Source: a virus. Taken from it: DNA of 64,000 nt. A program made the position numbers and the translations under genes. Below, in pieces: positions 1 to 9,024 of the stretch. The stretch covers positions 1-64,000 of the IMG/VR virus record IMGVR_UViG_3300025096_003363; one strand, 5' to 3'. The notes beneath the pieces are model-generated. The model ran no database searches and was not told the DNA's origin. It was given only the letters and a program-made list of their open reading frames with translations. Within the stretch, counting starts at the first letter, position 1, and each line of letters starts with the position of its first letter.

Positions 1-1
1 G

Positions 2-1684
2 ACTGAGACCTTTACAGGTTCTGATGAAATTGTAGTATTAGATGGTTCGTCGCAAAAGAGAAAAGCTGCTAGCGAGATTGGTAATAGTGTATTCAATAAT
101 GATAGTGGTTGGACAGATTGTACAGGTACCACAACAGCGAGTAACTCGCAGACCTTTACAAACAAAGCCGGTAACATATCACAATGGACAAATGATAGTG
201 GTTATACAACTTGTACGGGTACTACGACAAATAGTAACTCGCAGACCTTTACAAACAAAGCCGGTAACATATCACAATGGACAAATGATAGTGGCTTTAC
301 CGATTGTACAGGAACCACAACAGCGAGTAACTCGCAGACGTTTACAAACAAAGCCGGTAACATATCACAATGGACAAATGATAGTGGCTTTACCGATTGT
401 ACAGGAACCACAACAGCGAGTAACTCGCAGACGTTTACAAACAAAGCTGGTAACATATCACAATGGACAAATGATAGTGGCTTTACCGATTGTACAGGAA
501 CCACAACAGCGAGTAACTCGCAGACCTTTACAAACAAAGGCGGTAATATATCACAATGGACAAATGATAGTGGCTTCGGAACCGGTGATATTACAGCTGT
601 GGTTGCAGGCACATTGTTAGATGGAGGAGCTACGAGTGGTAGTGCAACTTTAAATGTTGATCTTTCAGAGCTTTCTACATCAACTTCTGACGGTGACGGT
701 GATTATTTTGTTGTAACAGATGCATCAGACGCACAGAGAAAACTTACCAAAGGTAATATTAATAACAGCGGGTTTAATAATGATAGCGGGTTTACTGATT
801 GCGCAGGTACGGTTACAAGTGTCGCTGGTGGTGATGGTATGTCCGGTACCGTAACATCTTCCGGTTCGTTGGCAGTTGACAGCACAGTTATAAGAACGAC
901 AGGTACCCAAACCATAGGAGGATCAAAGACATTTTCTAGTGCGATCTGTACAGATTGTGTCCGGGCGACTGATGGAGACGGTCTTAAATTATATGATGAC
1001 GGTGGTAATGGTATATTTGTTGAAGATGGTGGTAATGTTGGTATAGGCTCCACCAACCCTGCTAACCTTCTCGATGTATGTAGCGGTAACTTAAACATAA
1101 ACAACGGGGGGTATTGCTTAAAATTTGGAGGAGCTTCTTCATGCTCTAGCATGTTCTTTTATGGTGATATGTATTGGTGTAATGAAACCGGTGATGTCAG
1201 GATCGATCAAGCGGCAGAAAATAAGGATATTATTTTCAAGACATGTGATGGGTCTATGAAAGAGACCATGAGGATTGATGGTAGTTCTCAACAAGTGGGC
1301 ATAGGTACTACAGCACCAAATGAACTTCTTACTGTTAAGGGTAGTATAAGTGCTAGTGGCGCGTTACAGGGACAACTTGATATTAATGCACAGACCGGTA
1401 CAACATATACTTTAGTAATAGGTGATAAAGGTAAATTAATTACTCTTAGCAATGGGAGTGCTATTACTCTTACAATACCTCCTAACAGCGATGTCGCCTT
1501 TCCTATAGGTACGGAAATTACAGTTACTCAATTAGGAGCAGGTCAGTTAACAATCGCTGAAGGAAGTGGCGTGACGGCTTCTGCTGCTGACGATGAATTA
1601 AAAACACGGGTACAATATAGTGCAGCTGTTTTAACCAAAATAGCTTCTGATACTTGGTTAGTAGCAGGAGACTTAACAGCATAA
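2..1684 (+). CDS. Tail fibre / receptor-binding structural protein, 5'-truncated by the window
   Basis: The frame of ORF 599..1684 reads open from base 2 (TETFTGSDEIVVLDGSSQKRK...). It is Thr/Ser/Gly-rich with 31-aa repeats, GNVGIG and QVGIGTTAP fibre motifs, and a C-terminal 'TYTLVIGDKGKLITL...WLVAGDL' module common in phage fibres. Confidence 0.8.
   Translation, partial: TETFTGSDEIVVLDGSSQKRKAASEIGNSVFNNDSGWTDCTGTTTASNSQTFTNKAGNISQWTNDSGYTTCTGTTTNSNSQTFTNKAGNISQWTNDSGFTDCTGTTTASNSQTFTNKAGNISQWTNDSGFTDCTGTTTASNSQTFTNKAGNISQWTNDSGFTDCTGTTTASNSQTFTNKGGNISQWTNDSGFGTGDITAVVAGTLLDGGATSGSATLNVDLSELSTSTSDGDGDYFVVTDASDAQRKLTKGNINNSGFNNDSGFTDCAGTVTSVAGGDGMSGTVTSSGSLAVDSTVIRTTGTQTIGGSKTFSSAICTDCVRATDGDGLKLYDDGGNGIFVEDGGNVGIGSTNPANLLDVCSGNLNINNGGYCLKFGGASSCSSMFFYGDMYWCNETGDVRIDQAAENKDIIFKTCDGSMKETMRIDGSSQQVGIGTTAPNELLTVKGSISASGALQGQLDINAQTGTTYTLVIGDKGKLITLSNGSAITLTIPPNSDVAFPIGTEITVTQLGAGQLTIAEGSGVTASAADDELKTRVQYSAAVLTKIASDTWLVAGDLTA
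100..575 (+). repeat. Five in-frame 93-bp tandem repeats (31 aa: NDSGFTDCTGTTTASNSQTFTNKAGNISQWT)
   Basis: ACAATGGACAAATGATAGTGG recurs at 181, 274, 367, 460 and 553, an exact 93-nt period. Confidence 0.97.
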
Positions 1685-1686
1685 AC

Positions 1687-2547
1687 ATGAAAGGCAAAAC
1701 AGGTATAATATCATCTAGACGAGATCTTTTAATGGACCTAGGGACTCCAGGGGATTATGACTTTGCAGTCTATGGAATGTATAGCCTTAGATATTTAAAT
1801 AGAGAATATAACGGTGATGTTATTCTAGGTTATAAGGATAGTTCTGGTGTAACACAGGGATTTACTCCTACGGAAATAATTGATGGAACATTAACAACGT
1901 TTGCAAACGGTGACCATGTAAGAGTTAAAACATTCTACGATCAAAGCGGAAATGGAAATGATGCTACTCAAACTGGTCGGTATAATATGCCGCCTATAGT
2001 TATATCTGGTACTTTAATGAAGCTAGATGGTACAGATTTGCCAGCAATAGACTTTGATGGTACAAATGATTTTATGCCTTTAAATAGCGCCCTTCCAGAT
2101 ATTCGAATAGGCCATTGTAGCTCATTTACTGTAGGTGAGTACGACAACACAACCACAAATCCTTTGGAAATGATGCTATCTTTAGGTTGGACTAATGCAT
2201 CAGCTAGATGGTTTGCACCAGCCGGTTATCAAGGTGACTGGCTTTTTGGTTATGCTAGTGTCTGGAACGAGCAAGTAATAACCGGTTTGGATCTAGATCC
2301 ACATCTCTATACTGCTATAGCCGGGTCTGACCAAGGAGATTGGAGATGTTTTATTGACGGTGACGAGGAAGGTACAGCTACTCGACAAGTTAGAAGCAGC
2401 GCTGGAGTTTATGGGATTGGTGGTGCTAGTAGTGTTACTAGCTATGCTTTAGACGGAAGGGTTGCTGAAGTATTAGTCTTCGACGGTGATTGTAGTACTA
2501 CGCGGGCGGCTATAGAAAAAAATATAATGGATTATTATGGTTTATAA
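1687..2547 (+). CDS. ConA/LamG-like lectin-fold virion protein (tail-associated)
   Basis: Motifs YSLRYL, YDQSGNGNDATQ, IDFDGTNDF and LDGRVAEVLVF. ATG at 1687 lies just after the fibre stop codon. Confidence 0.65.
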   Translation: MKGKTGIISSRRDLLMDLGTPGDYDFAVYGMYSLRYLNREYNGDVILGYKDSSGVTQGFTPTEIIDGTLTTFANGDHVRVKTFYDQSGNGNDATQTGRYNMPPIVISGTLMKLDGTDLPAIDFDGTNDFMPLNSALPDIRIGHCSSFTVGEYDNTTTNPLEMMLSLGWTNASARWFAPAGYQGDWLFGYASVWNEQVITGLDLDPHLYTAIAGSDQGDWRCFIDGDEEGTATRQVRSSAGVYGIGGASSVTSYALDGRVAEVLVFDGDCSTTRAAIEKNIMDYYGL

Positions 2548-2564
2548 TATACAATAAATTACTT

Positions 2565-2810
2565 ATGAAAGAATACGACTGGAATATAGCAGAATGTGAT
2601 CCGCTAAGAGAGCCCATGAGTGGCTATTACGTAGACTTAGTAGAATATACATTAGACGATGCCGGCATTCGAATATCTGATAACTATTTACAAGAACATC
2701 ATTTTAGTAATTATGCTACAGCATCAGCATATTGGGATAGTAATAAGCAAGATGGTTACATTCTCTACAATGAAGTAGAAGAAGGTATAGCAGGTAGGCA
2801 AGAGTTTTAA
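2565..2810 (+). CDS. Hypothetical protein
   Basis: 81-aa ORF co-oriented with the tail genes. Confidence 0.6.
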   Translation: MKEYDWNIAECDPLREPMSGYYVDLVEYTLDDAGIRISDNYLQEHHFSNYATASAYWDSNKQDGYILYNEVEEGIAGRQEF

Positions 2811-2915
2811 AACTACTAGGCGTACCCTGTGTATCCCGTGGGAGAAGCAATGACACGAGTAGAATACTACTCTTATTACTTTTAACTAAGTAAGGCGCTC
2901 TCCTAGGTTCTCTAG

Positions 2916-3530
2916 TTAGCGATAACCTAAAGCAACTAATCGACGGATATTAGGTCCAACATTTGTTTCAACGTTGTATGCATTACCTGTCGCGCTTAAT
3001 CCACCATAGCCGGTGTACCCATTACCTTTAGCGTTAAAATTAGTGTTACCTGCAGATAAAGTATAAGTAGCTGTAAACCCGTTTCTATATACTACAGCAA
3101 GGTCAATAGCTGCTGAAATAAATGTACAAATTGTAGTGTTTCTATGATTTGTATGAGGGGTTGCTCGGTTAGGCGTACTTAAGTGAATAACTCTTGTAGT
3201 ACGTGAAAGCCCAGAACTAGCATCATCTGCTTGTAGGGATGCATCTGTTTTCCACAAAACTCCCACTGCAGATAATCCGGGTCCTCCGGTAGTGTGTTGT
3301 GTACCCCACTGGTTGCCATATGAAGCTGTGCTGTGTATACCTATAAGAGCTGAACCTGTATCGTTGGGATTTGATCCAGAAGATAAAATATCAAACCCAG
3401 ATGTTCTTGCTATATTCTTACCGATCGCGTTACTTACAAAAGGTACCTCGTCTAAGAGCTGTGGAGGATCGATAACATCGTTAGCAAAAAAGCCATTAGT
3501 GTATGAAGTGATTGGAATATTCTGTGCCAT
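2916..3530 (-). CDS. Hypothetical late (likely virion) protein downstream of the major capsid gene
   Basis: 204 aa, Gly/Thr/Asn-rich. TAAATA late-promoter core lies 5 nt upstream of the ATG. Confidence 0.65.
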   Translation of the reverse strand: MAQNIPITSYTNGFFANDVIDPPQLLDEVPFVSNAIGKNIARTSGFDILSSGSNPNDTGSALIGIHSTASYGNQWGTQHTTGGPGLSAVGVLWKTDASLQADDASSGLSRTTRVIHLSTPNRATPHTNHRNTTICTFISAAIDLAVVYRNGFTATYTLSAGNTNFNAKGNGYTGYGGLSATGNAYNVETNVGPNIRRLVALGYR

Positions 3531-3573
3531 ATTAATATTTATTGAAATGTGTTTGAATTTACGTAACTAAAGC

Positions 3574-3610
3574 AAAAAAAAACGATGGAACTTTCGTTCC
3601 ACCGTTTTTG
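3574..3610 (-). terminator. Rho-independent terminator after the major capsid gene
   Basis: Minus strand reads AAAACGGTGGAAC-GAAA-GTTCCATCG followed by a T9 tract. Confidence 0.9.
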
Positions 3611-3653
3611 TGATTTGTCTCTCGACTGCTGCTTAATCAGCGACGTTCTAAGA

Positions 3654-5192
3654 TTAGAAGTACACTGACTGAGAAGCCGGAGTAAACGCAGTACCGAGTC
3701 CCTGAACAATAACTACATGGTAGTAGAGATCAGCCCCGAAGATGTTGTCAACAACACCATAACGAGTAAGCAAGCCAACACGTGGCGCGAAGTCGTTAGG
3801 ACCAATAGTTCTCTGAACCATGACAGGAATGTAAGGACAATAAATGATACCAGTGTCGTAGAACTCAGGACCTTTGTAACCAAGCAACGCATACTCGATG
3901 TTAGCAGTACCATTTGAGTCATACTGATTAACATTAGGATTGTTGTAGTAACTAGAGTTCTGAACCTCTGTTCTGGTATCACGGTAAACGTTGAATCTCC
4001 CACCGAGTGAACCAACCTTTGCAATACCAACAGGCTGCGTGTTAACATCACCCTGCACAGGCACCCACTGAAATTCAGGGAGCATCTCGAGGATGGCGCA
4101 AACACGAGGAGTAGCAACAACAAAGTTAGCTGCTCCACGTCTGTTACGTACGGCGATACGATTGGCTTCGATGATAAGACGTTGATAGAAGTCCCTATTA
4201 CGCTCGACCATCCAACGACCATCTGCAGAAGCAGGTGACCAGAGGGAGTAGCCTTTGTTCAGTCCAGCTCCGAGAGCCGACTGGATCATTCTCATGAGCA
4301 TTTCACGGTCGATCTCAGCCTGAATCTCATACGACATAGCGTTTGTGATCTCGGCGTCAATATCGATACCATTCATGTTCTTAAGATCTTGCTCAAGTTC
4401 GACAGACCAACGTGCGCCAAGACGGCGTGTGCCGGCCTCAACTGCTGTTTTCTCGAACTTAACCTCGACCTGAGGAATGTTACCAGTAATCTCGAAAGCG
4501 GAAAGAATCTGAGCGACACCTTTATCTTGCGCAGTGAAGGCCCAAGTTGAACCATCAGGAGTACCACTCAACCGTGTCGAAGACGTACCGGTGAAGCGGG
4601 TATCAAGAAGTTGGTATCCAAGTTCATCACCCGGAAGACCGGCAGCGCCATCATATATCTTGTTATCTCCTGCAATCGTTGGATGCGAACCAGGCGTAAA
4701 TCCTGGACCTGTAGTACCAGATCCAATAGGATTGGTAGTAGCATCACCAGTACCATCAGTACCGGCTCCAAGATAAGTAGACTCGTAAGCATAACGAAGA
4801 GCAAAAGCAAGTCCAACAGGACCTGACATAGGCTGGACACCAACGATTTCGTTAGTGATAAGCTCAGGGAACGTACGACGAATCATCGGGATAAGCACTT
4901 TAGGAAGACGAGCGTCACCAGGAGCATAATTATCATTCGACCCGGTAGTACCAGGCGGAGAGAATATGTTCGAAGTAGAAGCACCGCTACCGAAGGCTCC
5001 ACCGTGACCGGCGGAGTTTGCTTCTTCAATACACCACTTTTCCTGGTTCTCAAGAAGAATGGCGGTATTTAAACGGGTATGATCGTCTTCAATGGGCTTA
5101 ACACTATCAGAAGAATATTCAAGAACAGGTGCCCACTTCTCAAGAAGTGTATCTGCTCTATCTCTATCTATAAATGACTGTGGTTTGTTCAT
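3654..5192 (-). CDS. gp23: Major capsid protein (T4 gp23-like)
   Basis: LLEKWAPVL, ILLENQ, GVQPMSGPVGLAFALR, ELEQDLKNMNGIDIDAE, YCPYIP and TRYG motifs; putative maturation site IEE/A at residue 57. Confidence 0.97.
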   Translation of the reverse strand: MNKPQSFIDRDRADTLLEKWAPVLEYSSDSVKPIEDDHTRLNTAILLENQEKWCIEEANSAGHGGAFGSGASTSNIFSPPGTTGSNDNYAPGDARLPKVLIPMIRRTFPELITNEIVGVQPMSGPVGLAFALRYAYESTYLGAGTDGTGDATTNPIGSGTTGPGFTPGSHPTIAGDNKIYDGAAGLPGDELGYQLLDTRFTGTSSTRLSGTPDGSTWAFTAQDKGVAQILSAFEITGNIPQVEVKFEKTAVEAGTRRLGARWSVELEQDLKNMNGIDIDAEITNAMSYEIQAEIDREMLMRMIQSALGAGLNKGYSLWSPASADGRWMVERNRDFYQRLIIEANRIAVRNRRGAANFVVATPRVCAILEMLPEFQWVPVQGDVNTQPVGIAKVGSLGGRFNVYRDTRTEVQNSSYYNNPNVNQYDSNGTANIEYALLGYKGPEFYDTGIIYCPYIPVMVQRTIGPNDFAPRVGLLTRYGVVDNIFGADLYYHVVIVQGLGTAFTPASQSVYF

Positions 5193-5275
5193 ATAAAACG
5201 TTTCCTTTCATTTTACCTCATGGGATCTAGTCCCAAGATACTCAGGTGACAAATGCACCTCATTGTTCAGGGTTG
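5193..5275 (-). promoter_or_regulatory. Structured gp22-gp23 intergenic leader with a Shine-Dalgarno-like AAAGGAA
   Basis: Minus strand has hairpins AGGTG..CACCT and TATCTTGGGA-CTAGA-TCCCATGAGGTA, then AAAGGAA about 9 nt before the ATG. Confidence 0.55.
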
Positions 5276-5278
5276 AAA

Positions 5279-6133
5279 TTATTTGTGAGTTCTTTTAAGT
5301 TCCTCCAAGTATGGATTAGATGAGTTCTCTTTTTTCTTCTCTGAAATCTTTGGTCGTGGGGCATCAGTTTTGACCTTTCGCTGTGTAAATGCCTCCTCTT
5401 TAATAACACTAAGTCTTTCTTTTTCCTTTTTATCAAAAAGCCTTTCTGTGTAATCAAAATTTTCTTCAATAAATTTTGGTGACTTATCATGAAGAATCTT
5501 TATCATATACTCTTTCTTTTTACCTGTTAAATGTGCAGTTTTAGACTCTAATACAAGATCTGCTTTTGTTTTAGTATATGCTTCTTTAAGAAGGTTATTT
5601 TCTTTTTTAAGCGCTGTAACTGTTTGTGACAACTCATCAATCTGTGTCTTACCGTCGACAACCGCCTCTTTAACAGACTCTGCCATAAGAGAAGAATCAA
5701 CAGCAAGAACCTTTCTTAAATTAGCAAGAACTTCACGTGATGTTCTGTTTTTGGTTGCTTCTTCAATAGCCTGTGTAGGTACAGCTTCATTAATATACTC
5801 TTCTAGGTAATCTGAAATACTTTCAACTAAAGTCGACTTGAACTTACTAGCTCTACCATTAAGCTCGCTTTCATAACGCTTTACAACAGTAATAAGCTTA
5901 TTGGCGTTGTTATGATCAACAGCTTCAACCACTCTTTTAAGTTTATTTGTATGATCTTTATCAATTGCGCCTACTAACTCCTCAAGTTTTTCAGCATAGA
6001 GCTCATCTTGATTCGTTAAAGCAGCTTCAACTGATAATTGAATTTTTTCTTCAATAGCAGTTTCAATTTCCTTAACAGACTCTTCTGTTAATACCTCTGC
6101 TGCTTGTTCTGGTAATGCTTTTTCGTTCTTCAT
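5279..6133 (-). CDS. gp22: Prohead core scaffold protein (gp22-like)
   Basis: Glu/Lys-rich coiled coil with the 'ISDYLEEYI' motif, located between the protease and capsid genes. Confidence 0.88.
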   Translation of the reverse strand: MKNEKALPEQAAEVLTEESVKEIETAIEEKIQLSVEAALTNQDELYAEKLEELVGAIDKDHTNKLKRVVEAVDHNNANKLITVVKRYESELNGRASKFKSTLVESISDYLEEYINEAVPTQAIEEATKNRTSREVLANLRKVLAVDSSLMAESVKEAVVDGKTQIDELSQTVTALKKENNLLKEAYTKTKADLVLESKTAHLTGKKKEYMIKILHDKSPKFIEENFDYTERLFDKKEKERLSVIKEEAFTQRKVKTDAPRPKISEKKKENSSNPYLEELKRTHK

Positions 6134-6135
6134 GT

Positions 6136-6282
6136 TTAAAAGAGTGGTTTTTCAGTTGCGCGATTGATTCTTCTTGTAATCTTATCTTCAATTACGCTCT
6201 TTAAATATTTATGTGCCTGGGCATAATTTTTCTTAGAAATATGCTCAATGACCTTAATAATCTTTAATTTTTCTTTAGCCAT
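6136..6282 (-). CDS. Small basic 48-aa prohead-associated protein (below the ORF-track cut-off)
   Basis: MAKEKLKIIKVIEHISKKNYAQAHKYLKSVIEDKITRRINRATEKPLF*. It fills the gp21-gp22 gap and has TAAATA 5 nt upstream. Confidence 0.75.
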   Translation of the reverse strand: MAKEKLKIIKVIEHISKKNYAQAHKYLKSVIEDKITRRINRATEKPLF

Positions 6283-6293
6283 AATATTATTTA

Positions 6294-6959
6294 TTATATA
6301 GATTTAATAAAGCTAAGGATTCTGTCACGTAAAAAGGTATCAATCTCCTTTTTAGGGAGCTTTTCTAGTGATTTTTCGAAATTTTCGTATACTTCGGTGT
6401 ATTTATCATTACCAACAAGCACCCATTGCTTTGATTCTAAGATTCCATTTACAAATGCCTTGGGGTAGGATGGGTCTGCAACACAGTCAATAGCTACAAG
6501 TTTCATATTTTTTACAGTACTATGATCGCTACTCTCTTCAAGGGTTCCTAATGCGCGTGAAGACATACCAACTTTTACACCGTCGTTAATAAGAGATCTA
6601 ACTATTTGACCGCAGGGTGTAGATAAAACTTTTGATTTACCATAAAACACATTCCCGTCTTGCTTTAATTCGGTTACCATGTGGCAGGCTCTTTCTAGAT
6701 CAACATCTGCTGTAGTTGGGTGATTTAGCTCTCCCATTGCGCGACCAGGCTTGATCATCTCTTCAACATATCGTGTTGCTTCTCTCTCTAACTCGTCTAA
6801 TGGATAAAGCCGGTTGTTTTTGTTTACACCCTCAGCCATCATATAAGGGCCTTTTATATATAAATTGGAAGGGGAGTTTCTATCTACTTCTTCTTCAATG
6901 TATTCGAACTCATCGTTCACATCGGGTTTTTCCACAACCAAGTTAAGTTTTAACGCCAT
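6294..6959 (-). CDS. gp21: Prohead protease (gp21-like)
   Basis: NKNNRLYP, GELNHP, GMSSRALG and DCVADPS motifs. Confidence 0.95.
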   Translation of the reverse strand: MALKLNLVVEKPDVNDEFEYIEEEVDRNSPSNLYIKGPYMMAEGVNKNNRLYPLDELEREATRYVEEMIKPGRAMGELNHPTTADVDLERACHMVTELKQDGNVFYGKSKVLSTPCGQIVRSLINDGVKVGMSSRALGTLEESSDHSTVKNMKLVAIDCVADPSYPKAFVNGILESKQWVLVGNDKYTEVYENFEKSLEKLPKKEIDTFLRDRILSFIKSI

Positions 6960-6971
6960 ACTATTATTTAG

Positions 6972-7412
6972 TCACCCCTTTGGATAAAGCTCCTTTTCTG
7001 TAATAATAATGAAAGTGAAGCCGCGCTTTTTACAATATTCTCGAGCAGCTTTCCATTTTGCTTGATTAGTTACATACGCTTTTTGCTCGTAAATTAAATG
7101 CTGCTTTTTTCTATATTTTGTTTGAGGTGGTTTAGTTTGTTTTGATGGTTTAATTTCAACAAGATAGCTAATAGTGTCTTTACCTTCTTTTATAGTTACA
7201 AAATTATCAACATAATATTTATGTACTCTATTGTCCAATGGACTTTTATACGGTACAACTACATTTTCACTTCCCCATTTAATTACATTAGGATTATTAT
7301 CACAAAATCTAAAAAATATTAACTCTAATCCAGACCGATAAATAGCTTTCGACCCAATAAATTTTTCAGAATTTTTAGGTGTAAAAACGCCTTGACGCCA
7401 CTTTTTCCTCAT
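6972..7412 (-). CDS. gp4: Head completion nuclease (gp4-like, TnsA-type)
   Basis: YRSGLE, WGSENVVVPY, HKYYVD, VEIKP and NQAKWKAA motifs. Confidence 0.9.
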   Translation of the reverse strand: MRKKWRQGVFTPKNSEKFIGSKAIYRSGLELIFFRFCDNNPNVIKWGSENVVVPYKSPLDNRVHKYYVDNFVTIKEGKDTISYLVEIKPSKQTKPPQTKYRKKQHLIYEQKAYVTNQAKWKAAREYCKKRGFTFIIITEKELYPKG

Positions 7413-8641
7413 CCCACAAAGAACATTGGCGGTTCTGTGTCCCCAAATCCAGGTGAAGCTCCCTCCAATAGTTTACCTTCGAGTTCAGCTTTTTTCTCTA
7501 AACCTTCTGTTAACATATCATAATTTAACGCGCCTCCACCTAATAATTGAACATTACCAAATTTACCTCTAACTCGCCCGATTGTTATTTGTGTTAGCGC
7601 TAGCGCATATTCATAAACCCATTGCTCCATAATAACATCTCGTATTGCGCGCTCTAAATAACACCCAATAACGCCATAAAATTTATCGTTATTAGGTTGC
7701 GGGTACATTTGCAAATATTGGGTTCTTGAATCGAATTTTATATCTCTTCGGATTGCTAATAATTTTTCCCTTGTATCAATCCACTCTTTAAGTGAGTACC
7801 AAGACACAAGATCAAACCCGTAATTACCCAGTGCATAACTAAAATAAGTCTGCTGCGCTAGTGTTTGTTCGAGTGTAAATAGTGTATTAATACCGGTAGA
7901 TGAACCTTCTTCAAAGTCTATTACATCAACAACTTTTCTATATTCCATTACATCATAGTCAAATACATTTTGATAATAGAGTGCTGACGAATCTTGACCT
8001 TCAAACGGTACAGTTTGTGGTGGTGTTGCTTTAAAATAAGCGCTAAGACCTGGTGTAAAAGCTGTTATGTCCTTGTAAAGTGTTTCATTAAATACTTCAA
8101 ATGCAGCAATCCCTGGGCCAGTAGATCCGCCCCCTTCTCCAGATTGACTTGCAAAGAGAGATGAAAGACTGTATGAAGTAACAAAATTAGATGCACTTAA
8201 TGTTGAAGTAGCAACATATACAGAGGCGATAGATCTTTCAGAATTACCTTTTCCGGCTGCACTTAATGTAGTAGGTGCATATGAGCCATACCACTCTGGA
8301 CCTGGGCCAAGAGGATTTGTACCATCTACTTGTTTTTGTTTGGTATTTAGATCGGTATTTGCTAGTGTATAAAGGAAATCTAATCGAATTCCTTTATTCT
8401 GTTCATACATATCTGAATCAAATATTAAAAATTCTCTTGTATATCCAGCGTATTTAGTAAAATATTCAACTGCTATTTGAATGCTTTGTCTAAGCTGGTC
8501 TGTATGTATTTCTAAACTAACTAATGGATATCCTAAAGATCTCTTAATTCTATCCCCTAAATTATCATAAGTTTTAATTTTACTATTTAAATTTGTTGAT
8601 AAGAAAGCGGAAAGTGGTGTAATGTTGCATGCAAGTGCCAT
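7409..8641 (-). CDS. gp13: Neck protein (gp13-like) with an internal Ser/Gly-rich insertion
   Basis: IKRSLGYPLVSLEIHTDQL, WVYEYALAL, GRVRGKF..QLLGGGALN and C-terminal PPMFFVG. Confidence 0.85.
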   Translation of the reverse strand: MALACNITPLSAFLSTNLNSKIKTYDNLGDRIKRSLGYPLVSLEIHTDQLRQSIQIAVEYFTKYAGYTREFLIFDSDMYEQNKGIRLDFLYTLANTDLNTKQKQVDGTNPLGPGPEWYGSYAPTTLSAAGKGNSERSIASVYVATSTLSASNFVTSYSLSSLFASQSGEGGGSTGPGIAAFEVFNETLYKDITAFTPGLSAYFKATPPQTVPFEGQDSSALYYQNVFDYDVMEYRKVVDVIDFEEGSSTGINTLFTLEQTLAQQTYFSYALGNYGFDLVSWYSLKEWIDTREKLLAIRRDIKFDSRTQYLQMYPQPNNDKFYGVIGCYLERAIRDVIMEQWVYEYALALTQITIGRVRGKFGNVQLLGGGALNYDMLTEGLEKKAELEGKLLEGASPGFGDTEPPMFFVG

Positions 8642-8670
8642 AAAATTATTTATTCAGCATAAATAAATAT

Positions 8671-9024
8671 ATGGCTATAACACCAACAACTAATTACGGT
8701 AGCACTTATTATAATATAAATCAGTGTAGAACATTCAGCATGCGTCTTGCCGCTACTACCTTAACGTGTCTGTCAAGTGTCGACGTTGGAGGCTACGGGG
8801 TTGGGCAACCTTGTTCTGAAGTTATTATAGAGAATAAGACGGGTGGTATTGTTACTATATATGACAACAATAACGCTAGTGGTGCGCACGGGTTTGCGCT
8901 CGACGATAATGACTCTTTTACTTTTAGAGGTTTAACTAACGTTAACGATGTATCCGCGTATGCTGCTAGCACCGGAGCTATTTATTACAGAACTCAGTTC
9001 TTTAGCAGCAACCCAGCGCGTTAA
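8671..9024 (+). CDS. Hypothetical late small beta-rich protein (possible virion accessory)
   Basis: 117 aa on the strand opposite the head genes, with TAAATA immediately upstream. Confidence 0.65.
   Translation: MAITPTTNYGSTYYNINQCRTFSMRLAATTLTCLSSVDVGGYGVGQPCSEVIIENKTGGIVTIYDNNNASGAHGFALDDNDSFTFRGLTNVNDVSAYAASTGAIYYRTQFFSSNPAR

Noticed and set aside
100-575. Tandem repeats as a CRISPR array
   Set aside because: The whole 93-bp unit repeats with no unique spacers and stays in frame within a protein.
42-620. ORFs 42..620 (+) and 202..612 (-)
   Set aside because: Shadow frames kept open by the repeat. The frame continuous with 599..1684 gives the sensible fibre protein.
3292-5490. Short alternative-frame and antisense ORFs over and around gp23 (and similar ones across the window)
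   Set aside because: They overlap well-supported genes, lack motifs, and are explained by codon bias.
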